Below, piece after piece: positions 32,178 to 40,905 of a stretch of 64,000 nucleotides of DNA. Position 1 is the stretch's first letter; each line of letters opens with the position of its first letter. Where the stretch lies: contig CAVZJB010000005.1 of assembly GCA_963775425.1 (NCBI GenBank), forward strand, positions 96,001 through 160,000, in the 5' to 3' direction. The stretch is from an uncultured delta proteobacterium. GTDB taxonomy: Bacteria; Myxococcota; UBA727; VGSZ01. The translations under genes and the position numbers were made by a program. The notes below the pieces were generated by a model, which worked only from the letters and a program-made list of their open reading frames with translations, was not told the origin of the DNA and did no database searches.

Positions 32178-33209
32178 TCAACGAGGCCTGCGCGCGAGGC
32201 GGGCGCACAGGTCCAGGGCGGCGCTCATCGACGACGCCGAGGCCGTCCCGCGCCCCGCGAGGGCGTCGGCGGTGCCGTGGTCCGGGCTCGTGCGCGGCAC
32301 GCGCGCGCCCCAGGTGACGTTGATGCCGGTGCCGCCCACGAGGAGCTTGTAGGGCCCGAGCCCCTGGTCGTGGTGCATCGCGAGCACCGCGTCCGCGGGG
32401 GCGCGCGTGCCCTGCGCGCGCGCGACGTCGGCGAAGAAGCCGTCCGCGGGGAGCGGTCCGCGCGCGTCGAGGCCGGCGGCGACGGCGCGGGCGACGGCGG
32501 GCGCGACGACGTCGATCTCCTCCCGCCCGAACATGCCGCCCTCGCCCGCGTGCGGGTTCACCCCGAGCACGGCGATGCGCGGCGCGCGGCGCAGCCGGAG
32601 GATCGCGCGCGCCGCCGCGTCGAGCCGGAGCAGCGCGCCGTCGAGCAGCGCGGGCGTCACCGCGCCCGCGACGTCCTTGAGCGCGACGTGCACCGTGGAG
32701 AGCCCGAGCACGAACGGCGCGCCGGCAAACACCATGAGCACCCCCGGCGGCGGCGCGGGTCGCCGGCGTCCCGGCTCGCCGGCGGGTGCCGTCGCTTGTC
32801 TCGCGCCGCCGAGGAAGCGCTCGACGATCTCCGTTTGCCCCGGGTACGCCACGCCGTCGACGACGAGGGCCCTCTTGCGCACGGGCGCGGTCACGATGCC
32901 GTCGAGCGCGCCGCGCCGCGCCCACGCACACGCGAGCAGCAGCGCCGCGCGCTGGCTCTCGAGCGCGGCGTCGTCGACGGCGCCGGGCCTGACGCGGGCG
33001 CCGGGGTCGTCGACGTCGGCGACGGCGCACTCGATGCGGGCGAGCCGCGCCGGCCGCACGCGCGCCCGGCGGGCCCCCTCGAGGAGCTGCGCGCGCGACG
33101 CCATCCACACGAAGCGCACGCCCGGCGCGCGCGTCTCGGCGAGCGCGCGCGCGGCCACCTCGGGCCCGATGCCCGCGGGACACCCCGGGGTGACGCCGAC
33201 GCGAGTCAC
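32178..33209 (-). CDS. pdxA: 4-hydroxythreonine-4-phosphate dehydrogenase PdxA family
   Basis: PAGIGPE, VTAPV, STVHVAL, NPHAGEGGMFGREE, GPLPAD, HDQGL and RTSPDHGTA. Confidence 0.9.
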   Translation of the reverse strand: MTRVGVTPGCPAGIGPEVAARALAETRAPGVRFVWMASRAQLLEGARRARVRPARLARIECAVADVDDPGARVRPGAVDDAALESQRAALLLACAWARRGALDGIVTAPVRKRALVVDGVAYPGQTEIVERFLGGARQATAPAGEPGRRRPAPPPGVLMVFAGAPFVLGLSTVHVALKDVAGAVTPALLDGALLRLDAAARAILRLRRAPRIAVLGVNPHAGEGGMFGREEIDVVAPAVARAVAAGLDARGPLPADGFFADVARAQGTRAPADAVLAMHHDQGLGPYKLLVGGTGINVTWGARVPRTSPDHGTADALAGRGTASASSMSAALDLCARLARRPR

Positions 33210-33221
33210 GCGGCGCGCGGG

Positions 33222-33551
33222 CTACACGACGTCGAAGGCGGAGCGGCCCTGGCGCAAGATGGCGACGCGCGTGCCGTCCTCGAGGACCACGTGCGGCCCC
33301 TGCGAGCGGTTGGCCTCGACGTGCCACGTGTCGCCCTGCTTGAGTACGCGCACGACGCCGTCCCGCATGAAGCGCAGCGAGCCCGAGAGCACCTTGCCGT
33401 TTTCCTCGCTCGGGTGCGTGAGGGCCGGGATGATCACGCCCTGCGCCGCCTCGATGACCTCGAGGGTCTTGCCGTCGACCTGGCCCAGCCGGGCGATCCG
33501 CAAGCCGCGCATACCGGGGATCTCGACGAAGGCGTTGTTTTCGACGTGCAT
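33222..33551 (-). CDS. Cupin-domain protein
   Basis: HPSEENGKVLSG.L.F...VLKQGDTWHV.AN..GPH cupin pattern. Confidence 0.7.
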   Translation of the reverse strand: MHVENNAFVEIPGMRGLRIARLGQVDGKTLEVIEAAQGVIIPALTHPSEENGKVLSGSLRFMRDGVVRVLKQGDTWHVEANRSQGPHVVLEDGTRVAILRQGRSAFDVV

Positions 33552-33600
33552 AGGGTGCGGAGCCTATCAGGGCGAAGCCACCGCGCGATAACATTGCCGC

Positions 33601-34221
33601 GTGCTGTTGCGGGCGCTCCCCCTCGTCGCCCTCTTTGTCTCGGGCATCCCGGTCGGAGACGACGGGCTGCCCGAAGAGAGCCCCTGGGCCGCCCGCGACG
33701 CCGCTGCGCCCGAGGCGGCGTGCGCCCCGCCGGTGCCGGGCTTTCTCACCCTCGAGACCAAGCCGTGGACCATCGTCTACGTCGACGGCCTCTACGCCGG
33801 CTCGACGCCGCTGTTCCGCGAGCGGCTCACCGCCGGCACGCACACGCTCACGCTGGTCAACGAGGCGCGCGCCATCTCCAGGAACGAGGACGTCGTCATC
33901 GAAGAGGGCAGGGCGCGCAAGCTCAAGCTCGTGCTCGCCGTCGACGACAGCGCGGCCGCCCTCGACAACACCACCGTCGTAGGACTGACGCCGGAGGACT
34001 GCGCGCTGCCGCCCGACGAGGCTGCGAGCCTCAGCGTCGATACGCAGCCGTGGTCGCGCGTCTTCGTCGACGGTCGGCTGGTCGGATCCACGCCGCTGTT
34101 CAAGTACGCGATCGCCGCCGGCGACCACGTTGTGCGCCTCGTGCGCGCCGACGGCAGGGCCGCCTTCGCCCGCTTCAACGCCGCCGCCGGCGAGACCGTC
34201 AAGCTCGCCCTCGCCCTGTAG
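33601..34221 (+). CDS. Exported tandem PEGA-domain protein
   Basis: Two repeats: LTLETKPWTIVYVDG..AGSTPL...AGTHTLTL and LSVDTQPWSRVFVDG..VGSTPL...AGDHVVRL. Confidence 0.85.
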   Translation: MLLRALPLVALFVSGIPVGDDGLPEESPWAARDAAAPEAACAPPVPGFLTLETKPWTIVYVDGLYAGSTPLFRERLTAGTHTLTLVNEARAISRNEDVVIEEGRARKLKLVLAVDDSAAALDNTTVVGLTPEDCALPPDEAASLSVDTQPWSRVFVDGRLVGSTPLFKYAIAAGDHVVRLVRADGRAAFARFNAAAGETVKLALAL

Positions 34222-34230
34222 GAGAAACGC

Positions 34231-34259
34231 GCACCGGATCCGCCGCAATGCCGATAACC
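34231..34259 (+). promoter_or_regulatory. Putative sigma28 (FliA/WhiG)-type promoter
   Basis: GCAC-N15-GCCGATAACC. GCCGATAA is the canonical sigma28 -10 box and ends 20 nt before the 34278 ATG. Confidence 0.6.
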
Positions 34260-34277
34260 GAGTGCCGGGAGGTTTCG

Positions 34278-35075
34278 ATGTCCACGATGTCCCTGACGCA
34301 CAACCCCGTCTCCGACCTGATGCACCTGCGCTGGGGCGTGAGCTCCGTGAAGACGGCGCAGGCGACCATCCAGGCGCAAAACGTCCGCGGCGTCGGGTCC
34401 TTCCTGCAGAGCTTCGGCGTCAGCGGCTCCACGCTCGAGCGCCTCGGCATGAGCTCGGTGAACGCCCAGGCGGTGCTCGGGGCCGAGGGGTGGCGCGGCA
34501 GCGTCAACGTCTCGCGCCAGCTCTCCCAGAGCCTCACGTCCACCCGCCCGGTGTCGACGCTGCTCGAGAGCGTGCGCAACGGCTGGGGCTCGTTCGAGAC
34601 CCAGATGCCCCGGCTCTCCGGCGCGGCCAAGAGCGCCGCCGGCGTCTGCAAGTCCGCGGCGACGGGGCTCGCCGGCGGCTGCAAGAGCGCGCTGGCGGCC
34701 GCCAAGTCGAGCGGCTTCTTCGGGAGCATCTTCAACGGCGTCAGCGGCCTGATGTCGAGCGTGGGGCGCGTCGCGGGACCGATCCTCGGGCCGCTGGCCA
34801 AGATCGCCGCGCCCATCACCAACGCGCTCAAGGGCGTCGGCAACTTCATGCGGATGATCCCGGGGCTCAACCTGATCTTCGCCGCCACCGACACCTTCAA
34901 GGCCGTCACCTCCCTGTTCGACCCGAACAAGAGCTGGAGCGAGAAGCTCGCCAACCTCGGCAAGGCCGCGCTGTCCATCGGCGCCGCCCTCCCCATCCCG
35001 GGCGCCTCGCTCCTCGGCGGCGCCCGCGGCGCCTGGGCCATCGGCGACGCGGCCGGGAGCCTGCTCGGGAAGTGA
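34278..35075 (+). CDS. Hypothetical Ser/Gly/Ala-rich amphipathic protein without signal peptide (candidate secreted effector/translocator)
   Basis: GGAGG RBS, Ser/Thr-rich N-terminus, hydrophobic/amphipathic C-terminal half (IPGLNLIFAATDTFKAV...ALSIGAALPIPG). Confidence 0.75.
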   Translation: MSTMSLTHNPVSDLMHLRWGVSSVKTAQATIQAQNVRGVGSFLQSFGVSGSTLERLGMSSVNAQAVLGAEGWRGSVNVSRQLSQSLTSTRPVSTLLESVRNGWGSFETQMPRLSGAAKSAAGVCKSAATGLAGGCKSALAAAKSSGFFGSIFNGVSGLMSSVGRVAGPILGPLAKIAAPITNALKGVGNFMRMIPGLNLIFAATDTFKAVTSLFDPNKSWSEKLANLGKAALSIGAALPIPGASLLGGARGAWAIGDAAGSLLGK

Positions 35076-35096
35076 CGACCCGCGTATAGTTCGCGC

Positions 35097-36128
35097 GTGG
35101 CGTTCAACCTCAAAGACGACCCCCGGATGCGGCAGCGCCTCGAGGGCGCTGTCGGGCTCTCCCCCAAGGACATCGACGCGCCGGCGGCGGAGCTGCCGCC
35201 GCTGTCGTCCATCTCCGTCAAGCTCTCGGTCCCCGACCCTCCCGGCGAGATGGAGATCCTCGAGCGCTACCGCCAGAAGCTCCGCGACCTCGCGGTCATC
35301 ACGTCGAAGAAGCCCGGCGAGCCGGTGGCCCTCGGCGACGAGGTCTGCGTGTGCACCGTCGGGCACATCGCCGGCGCCATCTTCGCGGGCAGCATCAGGA
35401 ACAACCACTGGATGGAGATGGTCCCCGACGACTCGCTGCCGGGCTTCGTCGAGCAGCTCGCGGGCATGCCCGTCGGCGGCGCCGGCGTCATCCCCGTCGT
35501 CGTCGGCGACAAGGTCGCCGCCATGGCCGTCCGCGTCGCCGCCGCGCAGAGCGTCGACATGCCGGACCCCGAGGACCCCGCGTCCCTCGGCGTCGCCGAC
35601 ACCCTCGAGGGCACCCTGGAGGTCGTCGGACGCGAGCTGTTGCAGGAGGCCGAAGAGGCGACGCCGCTTCGGGCGATGAACGCGGTGATGAAGGAGCTCG
35701 CGACGCGCGCCGTCGTCGAGGTCCCGTCGACCGCCGTCGACGCGGAGATCCAGCGCGTCTGGCGCCTCGCCGAGGGCGACGCCTGCATCGCGCTCGGCCT
35801 CACCGTCGACGAGCAGCAGGAGGCGCTCAAGCTGTGGCTCGCCGACGCCGGCGTCCGCGCCGAGGCCACCGAGCGGCTCAAGAGCTGGGCGGCGCTCAAG
35901 GCGGTCGTGGCCAACGACGCGCTCACGCCGACGCCCGAGGGCTGGCGCCGCTTCCTTCAGTCCTTCGCGCCCGTGCTCGGGCAGACGCGGGAATTCCTCC
36001 AGGCGGAGATCGACAAGGACCCGAAGGTGAAGGCGGAGCTCGCCGAGCTCGCGTTCCAGATGCAAGTGGTCGACCACGTCATGGAGAGCGTGCGCGTCGA
36101 GATCGTGGAAAAAGCAACGGGCCCGTGA
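35097..36128 (+). CDS. Trigger-factor-like chaperone lacking the N-terminal ribosome-binding domain
   Basis: FKBP-like GDEV...GHIAG..F.GS...LPGFVEQLAGMPVG and SurA-like C-domain VEVPSTAVDAEI. No GFRxGxxP motif. Confidence 0.75.
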   Translation: MAFNLKDDPRMRQRLEGAVGLSPKDIDAPAAELPPLSSISVKLSVPDPPGEMEILERYRQKLRDLAVITSKKPGEPVALGDEVCVCTVGHIAGAIFAGSIRNNHWMEMVPDDSLPGFVEQLAGMPVGGAGVIPVVVGDKVAAMAVRVAAAQSVDMPDPEDPASLGVADTLEGTLEVVGRELLQEAEEATPLRAMNAVMKELATRAVVEVPSTAVDAEIQRVWRLAEGDACIALGLTVDEQQEALKLWLADAGVRAEATERLKSWAALKAVVANDALTPTPEGWRRFLQSFAPVLGQTREFLQAEIDKDPKVKAELAELAFQMQVVDHVMESVRVEIVEKATGP

Positions 36129-36162
36129 GGGCCCGCTGCAGTCCCACGGGTGTCGCTGCCGG

Positions 36163-36516
36163 TCACTCGATCCAGTTGGCGAACTGCGCGGCGGTGGCGT
36201 AGCCGGCGGCCCCGCCGATGGGGCCGAACGCGCTGCCGGCGACGGTGCCGCCGACGAGGGCGCCGAGGCCCACGGTGCCGCGCGCCACGTTGAGCGGGCC
36301 CTCGGCGAGGTCACCGACCATGCCCAGCGTGCCCTTGATGGCGTCGCCGGGGATGGAGGTCCAGTTGAGGGTCAGGAAGTCCTTGGCGACGGTGCCCACG
36401 GTCTTGAGCCCGTCCCACGCGGCCTTGAAGGGGCTGATGATCGTCTGGCCGACGCCCTTGACGATGTCTCCGATGCCCTTGAACGGCGCGCTGACGAGGT
36501 TGCTGAAGAAGCCCAT
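36163..36516 (-). CDS. Small Gly-rich amphipathic / glycine-zipper protein without signal peptide
   Basis: GGGAGG RBS, MGFFSNLVSAPFKGIGDIVKGVG..., C-terminal GLGALVGGTVAGSAFGPIGGAAG. Confidence 0.75.
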   Translation of the reverse strand: MGFFSNLVSAPFKGIGDIVKGVGQTIISPFKAAWDGLKTVGTVAKDFLTLNWTSIPGDAIKGTLGMVGDLAEGPLNVARGTVGLGALVGGTVAGSAFGPIGGAAGYATAAQFANWIE

Positions 36517-36558
36517 GGTGTCGCCTCCCTGATCGTGTGTGTGTGTTGGATGCGCGTT

Positions 36559-36587
36559 GGTTATCGGCGCGGGGGCCTCGGGGATGC
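36559..36587 (-). promoter_or_regulatory. Putative sigma28 (FliA/WhiG)-type promoter
   Basis: Minus strand GCAT-N15-GCCGATAACC, with the same spacing as the motif at 34231. Confidence 0.6.
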
Positions 36588-36618
36588 CTACCTCCACGCA
36601 GATCCGCGCCTACCGACG

Positions 36619-37155
36619 TCAGATGCGGCGGGGCCCCTTGCCGAGCTGGTCCGGCCGCAGCGCCCCCTCGGGCGGTTTGTCCCCCACTTTCGCGGGGATG
36701 GGACGGTCCTTGCCGCCGGTCACGGCGGTGGCGGCGACGGTGGCGGACTGCTGCTCGAAGCGCGCCTTGGTGTCCATGTCGACCAACTGGTAGCGCAGCA
36801 CCGCCTCGTTGATGAGGATCACGAGGCCGGTCGCCAGGTCGTTTTTGTGCATCTTCTGGTGGAGAAAAGCCGCCATCAACAGGAGGTCGTCGAGGGCCTT
36901 TCTGTGGGTGCTCGCCGTGCGGGCGGCGTCGAGCTGCTTCCACCAATCCGCCGCGATCTCCGGGGTCCATTGGTCGCGAAAGCCCTGGCCGTCGTCCGTG
37001 AGGAGCATCGTGAGCGTGCGCAGACAGATGTCGTGGACGCCGCGGTCCTTGAACATCTTCTCGAGCTCCGCCCACTTGGCGTCGAGCTGGGACTTCTCTT
37101 CGGGGCTGAAGCTTTCGTCGGCGCCCGGGGCGCCACCCTTGGGATCATCGGTCAT
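36619..37155 (-). CDS. Hypothetical helical cytoplasmic protein
   Basis: Coding-like codon bias, 14 nt downstream of the PP2C fusion gene. No recognisable motif. Confidence 0.7.
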   Translation of the reverse strand: MTDDPKGGAPGADESFSPEEKSQLDAKWAELEKMFKDRGVHDICLRTLTMLLTDDGQGFRDQWTPEIAADWWKQLDAARTASTHRKALDDLLLMAAFLHQKMHKNDLATGLVILINEAVLRYQLVDMDTKARFEQQSATVAATAVTGGKDRPIPAKVGDKPPEGALRPDQLGKGPRRI

Positions 37156-37169
37156 GGCGTGAGCCTACC

Positions 37170-39356
37170 TCATTGCACGGGGTGAACGGCGACGACGACG
37201 CAGGAGATGTTGTCGAATCCTCCCGCGCGGTTCGCGAGCACCACGAGCTCGAACGCGGCGCGCGCGGGGTCCTCGAATTCGAGGAGCGTCTCGAGCATCT
37301 TGAGATCGGTGTCGTTGGGGGGCGCGCCGGGGCCGGCGGCGAAGTCGGCGATGCCGTCGCTGCAGATGAGGATGCGGTCGCCGGGGAGCAGGCGCAGACG
37401 GAACGCCTCTGGCTCGAAGGGGTCGGGCCGGGTGGTGCCGTCGTCGTCGACGATGACGCGGCCGACGACGCGGGTGAGCGCGGTGCCCATCTGCACCTGC
37501 GCGGCCTCGCGGAAGGTGAGGCCCATGCGCAGCGCGTCGGTGGTGCGGTCGTGGTCGATGGTGATCTGCTCGATGACGCCGTCGCGGATGAGGTACGCGC
37601 GGGAGTCGCCGAGGTTGCCGATGGTGGCCTCGCCGTGGACCACGAACATCGCGCACATGGTGGCGCTCATGACCTGGTTGGGCTCGTTGGCGACGGGCGC
37701 GTACTTGGCGTTGACCTCGGCGCTGATGCGCTTGCCGGCGCTGCGCGAGATCTGCTTCATGATGTCGGCGCGCTGCCCGTGGTTGAGCTCGAGGGCCGCC
37801 TGGCCGCCCTTCTCGAGGCCCGTCCAGCGCTGCAGCGCCGCGATCTCCACCTGCTCCGCGGCGAAGGCGCCGTCGCCGAACTTCGAGCGCGAGACGCCGT
37901 CGGAGATCATGTAGAGGCCGATGCGCGCGTTCTCGTCGGTGACGGAGAGCGCGCGGTCCTGTTGGCCCGAGCCGCGGCGCGCCTTGGCGAGACCGGTGTG
38001 CTGCTCGGCCCACGCCTCGAGGACGACGTCGGACTGGCTCTCCGCCGCGCGCGCCTCCTCGATGAGGCGCGTGCGCGCCTGCTCGAGCGCGCGCTTGAGG
38101 GCGCGCGCCCAGCCGACGCGGCGGGCGGGGTTGGGCTCGAGGCACGGGCGCAGATACGGCCAGATGCCGAGCGGGCACTCCGGGCGGAACACGCGCGGCG
38201 ACACGAGCATCGCGGGCTCGACGTCGGTCTCGAGCGGCGCGCGCTTGGCGAGCAGCGCGTACAACAGGAGCGCCACCGAATACACGTCGCTGTGCGCGCC
38301 CATGCGGTACGTCATGCGCCGCCGCACCTCGGGCGCGCAAAACAGGCCGAGGGCGCCGGTGGGCAGCGCCCCGGCGCCGTACAGGCCGCTCACGGCGTAG
38401 AAGCGGACGCGCCCGCCCCGCTCGATGACGATCTGGCTCGGGTCGAGGTCGTAGATGAACTGCCCGGCGCCGTGGAGGCTCTCGAGCAGCTCCGCCAGCT
38501 CGATGCCGAGCTCGAGCGTGGCCATGGCGGGGAGGATGCGCTCGTCGTCGTTGAGGTAGTCGACGACGGTGTTTCCCTTGGGCCGCTCGAAGACGCGTAC
38601 CGCAGCGCGCTCGAGGGTGACGCGGCAGCGCGGGCGCACCACGCGCGGATCGGGGAGGTGCGGCCAGGGCGGCTCCGGCATGGTGGTGGCCGTCCACACC
38701 GCGGTGAACGCCTGCTCCTCTCCCTCGAGCCGGGCTCGATAGAAGACGCTGCCGTTCTGCTCGCCGAGGGAGTCCTCGAGCTTGACCACCAGGCCGTCGT
38801 CGGCCCGGAGCGGCTCGCCGGGCTCCGGGGGCAGGGGGCCGACGTCGGTGCCGGCGTCCTCGACGATGGGCGCGCCCTCGACGGTGGCGCCGTCCTCCAC
38901 GGGCTCTTGATCGTTCGACTTCTCGTCCTGCGTGCCGGGGCCCCGGAGGGGAATCTCGAGATCCGCGGTCTTCTCCTGCAGGGGGTCGTTGTCGTCGCTG
39001 TATGCCGGGAGCGACGCCGCCGTGAGCTCGTCGAAGGGCAGCGCCGCGACGTCGCCGGGCGGGAGCGTGGCCGCTGCCTCGACGACGGCCTCGAGGACGT
39101 CGGGCGGCCCGATGTTCGCCGCGGCGGGGGGGACGGGGTCATCGGCCCCATCGAGGGCGGCCAGCAAGGGCTTGCTGACCTCGGCCGTGGGCCCCTCGAA
39201 GGGATCGCCGCTGACGAGATCTCCGAGCGGATCCGACGAGGGCATCGTCGCGCGGTGCGCGATGCTCGGGCGCTCCGTGGTGGCCTCGGACAACACCTCC
39301 ACCTGCGCCGGCACGGGTCCGGTCGTCGGCTTCTTGTTGTCCGGAGGGTTCGTCAC
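37170..39356 (-). CDS. Pseudokinase - PP2C/SpoIIE-type Ser/Thr phosphatase fusion with acidic disordered N-terminus
   Basis: PP2C motifs SDG, GDSRAY, CSDG and DNIS are intact. The kinase-like part keeps APE and SDVYS but reads IYDLDPSQ and has no VAIK/DFG. Confidence 0.8.
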   Translation of the reverse strand: MTNPPDNKKPTTGPVPAQVEVLSEATTERPSIAHRATMPSSDPLGDLVSGDPFEGPTAEVSKPLLAALDGADDPVPPAAANIGPPDVLEAVVEAAATLPPGDVAALPFDELTAASLPAYSDDNDPLQEKTADLEIPLRGPGTQDEKSNDQEPVEDGATVEGAPIVEDAGTDVGPLPPEPGEPLRADDGLVVKLEDSLGEQNGSVFYRARLEGEEQAFTAVWTATTMPEPPWPHLPDPRVVRPRCRVTLERAAVRVFERPKGNTVVDYLNDDERILPAMATLELGIELAELLESLHGAGQFIYDLDPSQIVIERGGRVRFYAVSGLYGAGALPTGALGLFCAPEVRRRMTYRMGAHSDVYSVALLLYALLAKRAPLETDVEPAMLVSPRVFRPECPLGIWPYLRPCLEPNPARRVGWARALKRALEQARTRLIEEARAAESQSDVVLEAWAEQHTGLAKARRGSGQQDRALSVTDENARIGLYMISDGVSRSKFGDGAFAAEQVEIAALQRWTGLEKGGQAALELNHGQRADIMKQISRSAGKRISAEVNAKYAPVANEPNQVMSATMCAMFVVHGEATIGNLGDSRAYLIRDGVIEQITIDHDRTTDALRMGLTFREAAQVQMGTALTRVVGRVIVDDDGTTRPDPFEPEAFRLRLLPGDRILICSDGIADFAAGPGAPPNDTDLKMLETLLEFEDPARAAFELVVLANRAGGFDNISCVVVAVHPVQ

Positions 39357-39433
39357 CGATTGGTTTTGACACAGCGGGACGCTAGGAATCCACCCCGTAG
39401 GTCCGCTGTTTACTTCGGCCCAGGAGACCCCTC

Positions 39434-40363
39434 GTGCATCCCGTCCTCTTTCGCATCCCCGGCGTCGACTGGCCGTTGCACACCTACGGGGTGCTCATCG
39501 TCACCGGCTTTCTGCTCGCCATGTACGTCGCCCACCGGGAGGCCAGGCGGCAGGGCCGCTACGCCGACGAGGTGCTCGACTTCGCCTTCTGGGCGCTCCT
39601 CGGCGGCATGATCGGCGCCCGCGTCGTCTTCATCATCGTCAACTGGCACGAGTACTTCGTCGATCACCCGATCGACCACGTCTTCGGCATCCCCATCCCG
39701 TCGGTCCTCGTCATCTGGAAGGGCGGCCTCGTGTTCTACGGGGCGGCGCTCGGCGGCTTCGCGGCCTTCATGTGGTACACGAACAAGCACGGCATCCGCG
39801 GCGTGGACAAGCTCTTCCTCGCCGACATTCTGGTCGTCGGCGTCCCTCTCGCGCACGTGTTCGGTCGCCTCGGCTGCGTCTCCGCCGGGTGCTGCTGGGG
39901 CGACCTCGCCGGTCACCTCGACGCCGCCGGCCACGTCGTGCAGACGTTCCCGCTGGGCATCCGCTTCCCCGAGGGCGCGCTCGCCTACCAGAGCCTGATC
40001 GGCAGCGTGGATCCCGACGTGGCGTCGTGGATGCGCGAGCACCACAGCACCTTGCCGCTCATCCCCACGCAGCTCATGGAGAGCTTCGGTGAGGGGTGCG
40101 TCTTCATGATCTTGATGGTGGTGCGCTCGCGGAAGTGGTTCCACGGCCAGGTGCTCCTCACCTACGGCATCCTCTACCCCATCCTGCGCTCCATCATGGA
40201 GATGATGCGCGGCGACACCGAGCGCGGCTATGTCATCCCCGGCCTGCTGTCGACGAGCCAGTTCATCTCGATCGGCGTGGCGCTCGCTTCGCTCGTCACC
40301 ATCCTGGTGCTGCGCAAGCGCGGGATGACGAGCGCGGCGGCGCCGGTCGCGCCCGCCGAATAG
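39434..40363 (+). CDS. lgt: Prolipoprotein diacylglyceryl transferase
   Basis: MHPVLF..., TYG, IGAR, WKGGLVFYG, GRLGC..AGCCWG, PTQL and R..ME..RGD. Confidence 0.95.
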   Translation: MHPVLFRIPGVDWPLHTYGVLIVTGFLLAMYVAHREARRQGRYADEVLDFAFWALLGGMIGARVVFIIVNWHEYFVDHPIDHVFGIPIPSVLVIWKGGLVFYGAALGGFAAFMWYTNKHGIRGVDKLFLADILVVGVPLAHVFGRLGCVSAGCCWGDLAGHLDAAGHVVQTFPLGIRFPEGALAYQSLIGSVDPDVASWMREHHSTLPLIPTQLMESFGEGCVFMILMVVRSRKWFHGQVLLTYGILYPILRSIMEMMRGDTERGYVIPGLLSTSQFISIGVALASLVTILVLRKRGMTSAAAPVAPAE

Positions 40364-40397
40364 CGCACCACCTTCGTGGTGCGCGTGCCCCCGTGGG

Positions 40398-40844
40398 CTA
40401 CTCGACGACGATCTTGCGCGACGCGAGGACGGTGTCGCCGCGGAGCACTTGCATCTCCCACGTGCCGGGCCTGGACGCGGTGGTCTGCTTGTAGTTGGAG
40501 TAGCCGGTCCACGAGTCGTGGAGCGTGAAGTCGGACGTCGAGCGGACCTCGCCGTTCAACAGGAACTTCACTTTGAGGTCTTCGTACTTGCCCCCTTTGG
40601 GCACAAAGAACTTCACGAACGCGATGAGGGGATCGCCCTTGTTGGCCTTGTCCGCGTGCGGCTCCAGGCAGGCGAGGCGTCCCTCGTCGTTCTTCCCGGT
40701 CTTTTTGCATGCCACGAAGTCCATCAGCACCGGGCCGGCGTCGGCGCCGTGGAGGTAGTACGCGGTGACCTTCTTGATCTCGTCGGCGGTCGGCGCGGGC
40801 GGCGCCGGGTCGGCGAGGGCGAGGATGAGCGCGAGGCAGAGCAT
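40398..40844 (-). CDS. Exported hypothetical protein (DUF2914-like Ig fold)
   Basis: Signal peptide and C-terminal PGTWEMQVL.GD.VLA beta motif. Confidence 0.55.
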   Translation of the reverse strand: MLCLALILALADPAPPAPTADEIKKVTAYYLHGADAGPVLMDFVACKKTGKNDEGRLACLEPHADKANKGDPLIAFVKFFVPKGGKYEDLKVKFLLNGEVRSTSDFTLHDSWTGYSNYKQTTASRPGTWEMQVLRGDTVLASRKIVVE

Positions 40845-40905
40845 TCAGGGACACTAGCGCGGATCGCGGCGCAGTCGTGATACGCATCACAACAGGAGGC
40901 CGCCC

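Noticed and set aside
32178-33209. PdxA substitutions (GCPAG for GDPAG, PGQTE for PGHTE)
   Set aside because: The three metal-binding His motifs are retained, so there is insufficient evidence for altered function.
33585-33597. GCGATAAC upstream of the PEGA gene as a third sigma28 site
   Set aside because: It mismatches GCCGATAA and lacks the GCAY element at the 15-nt spacing.
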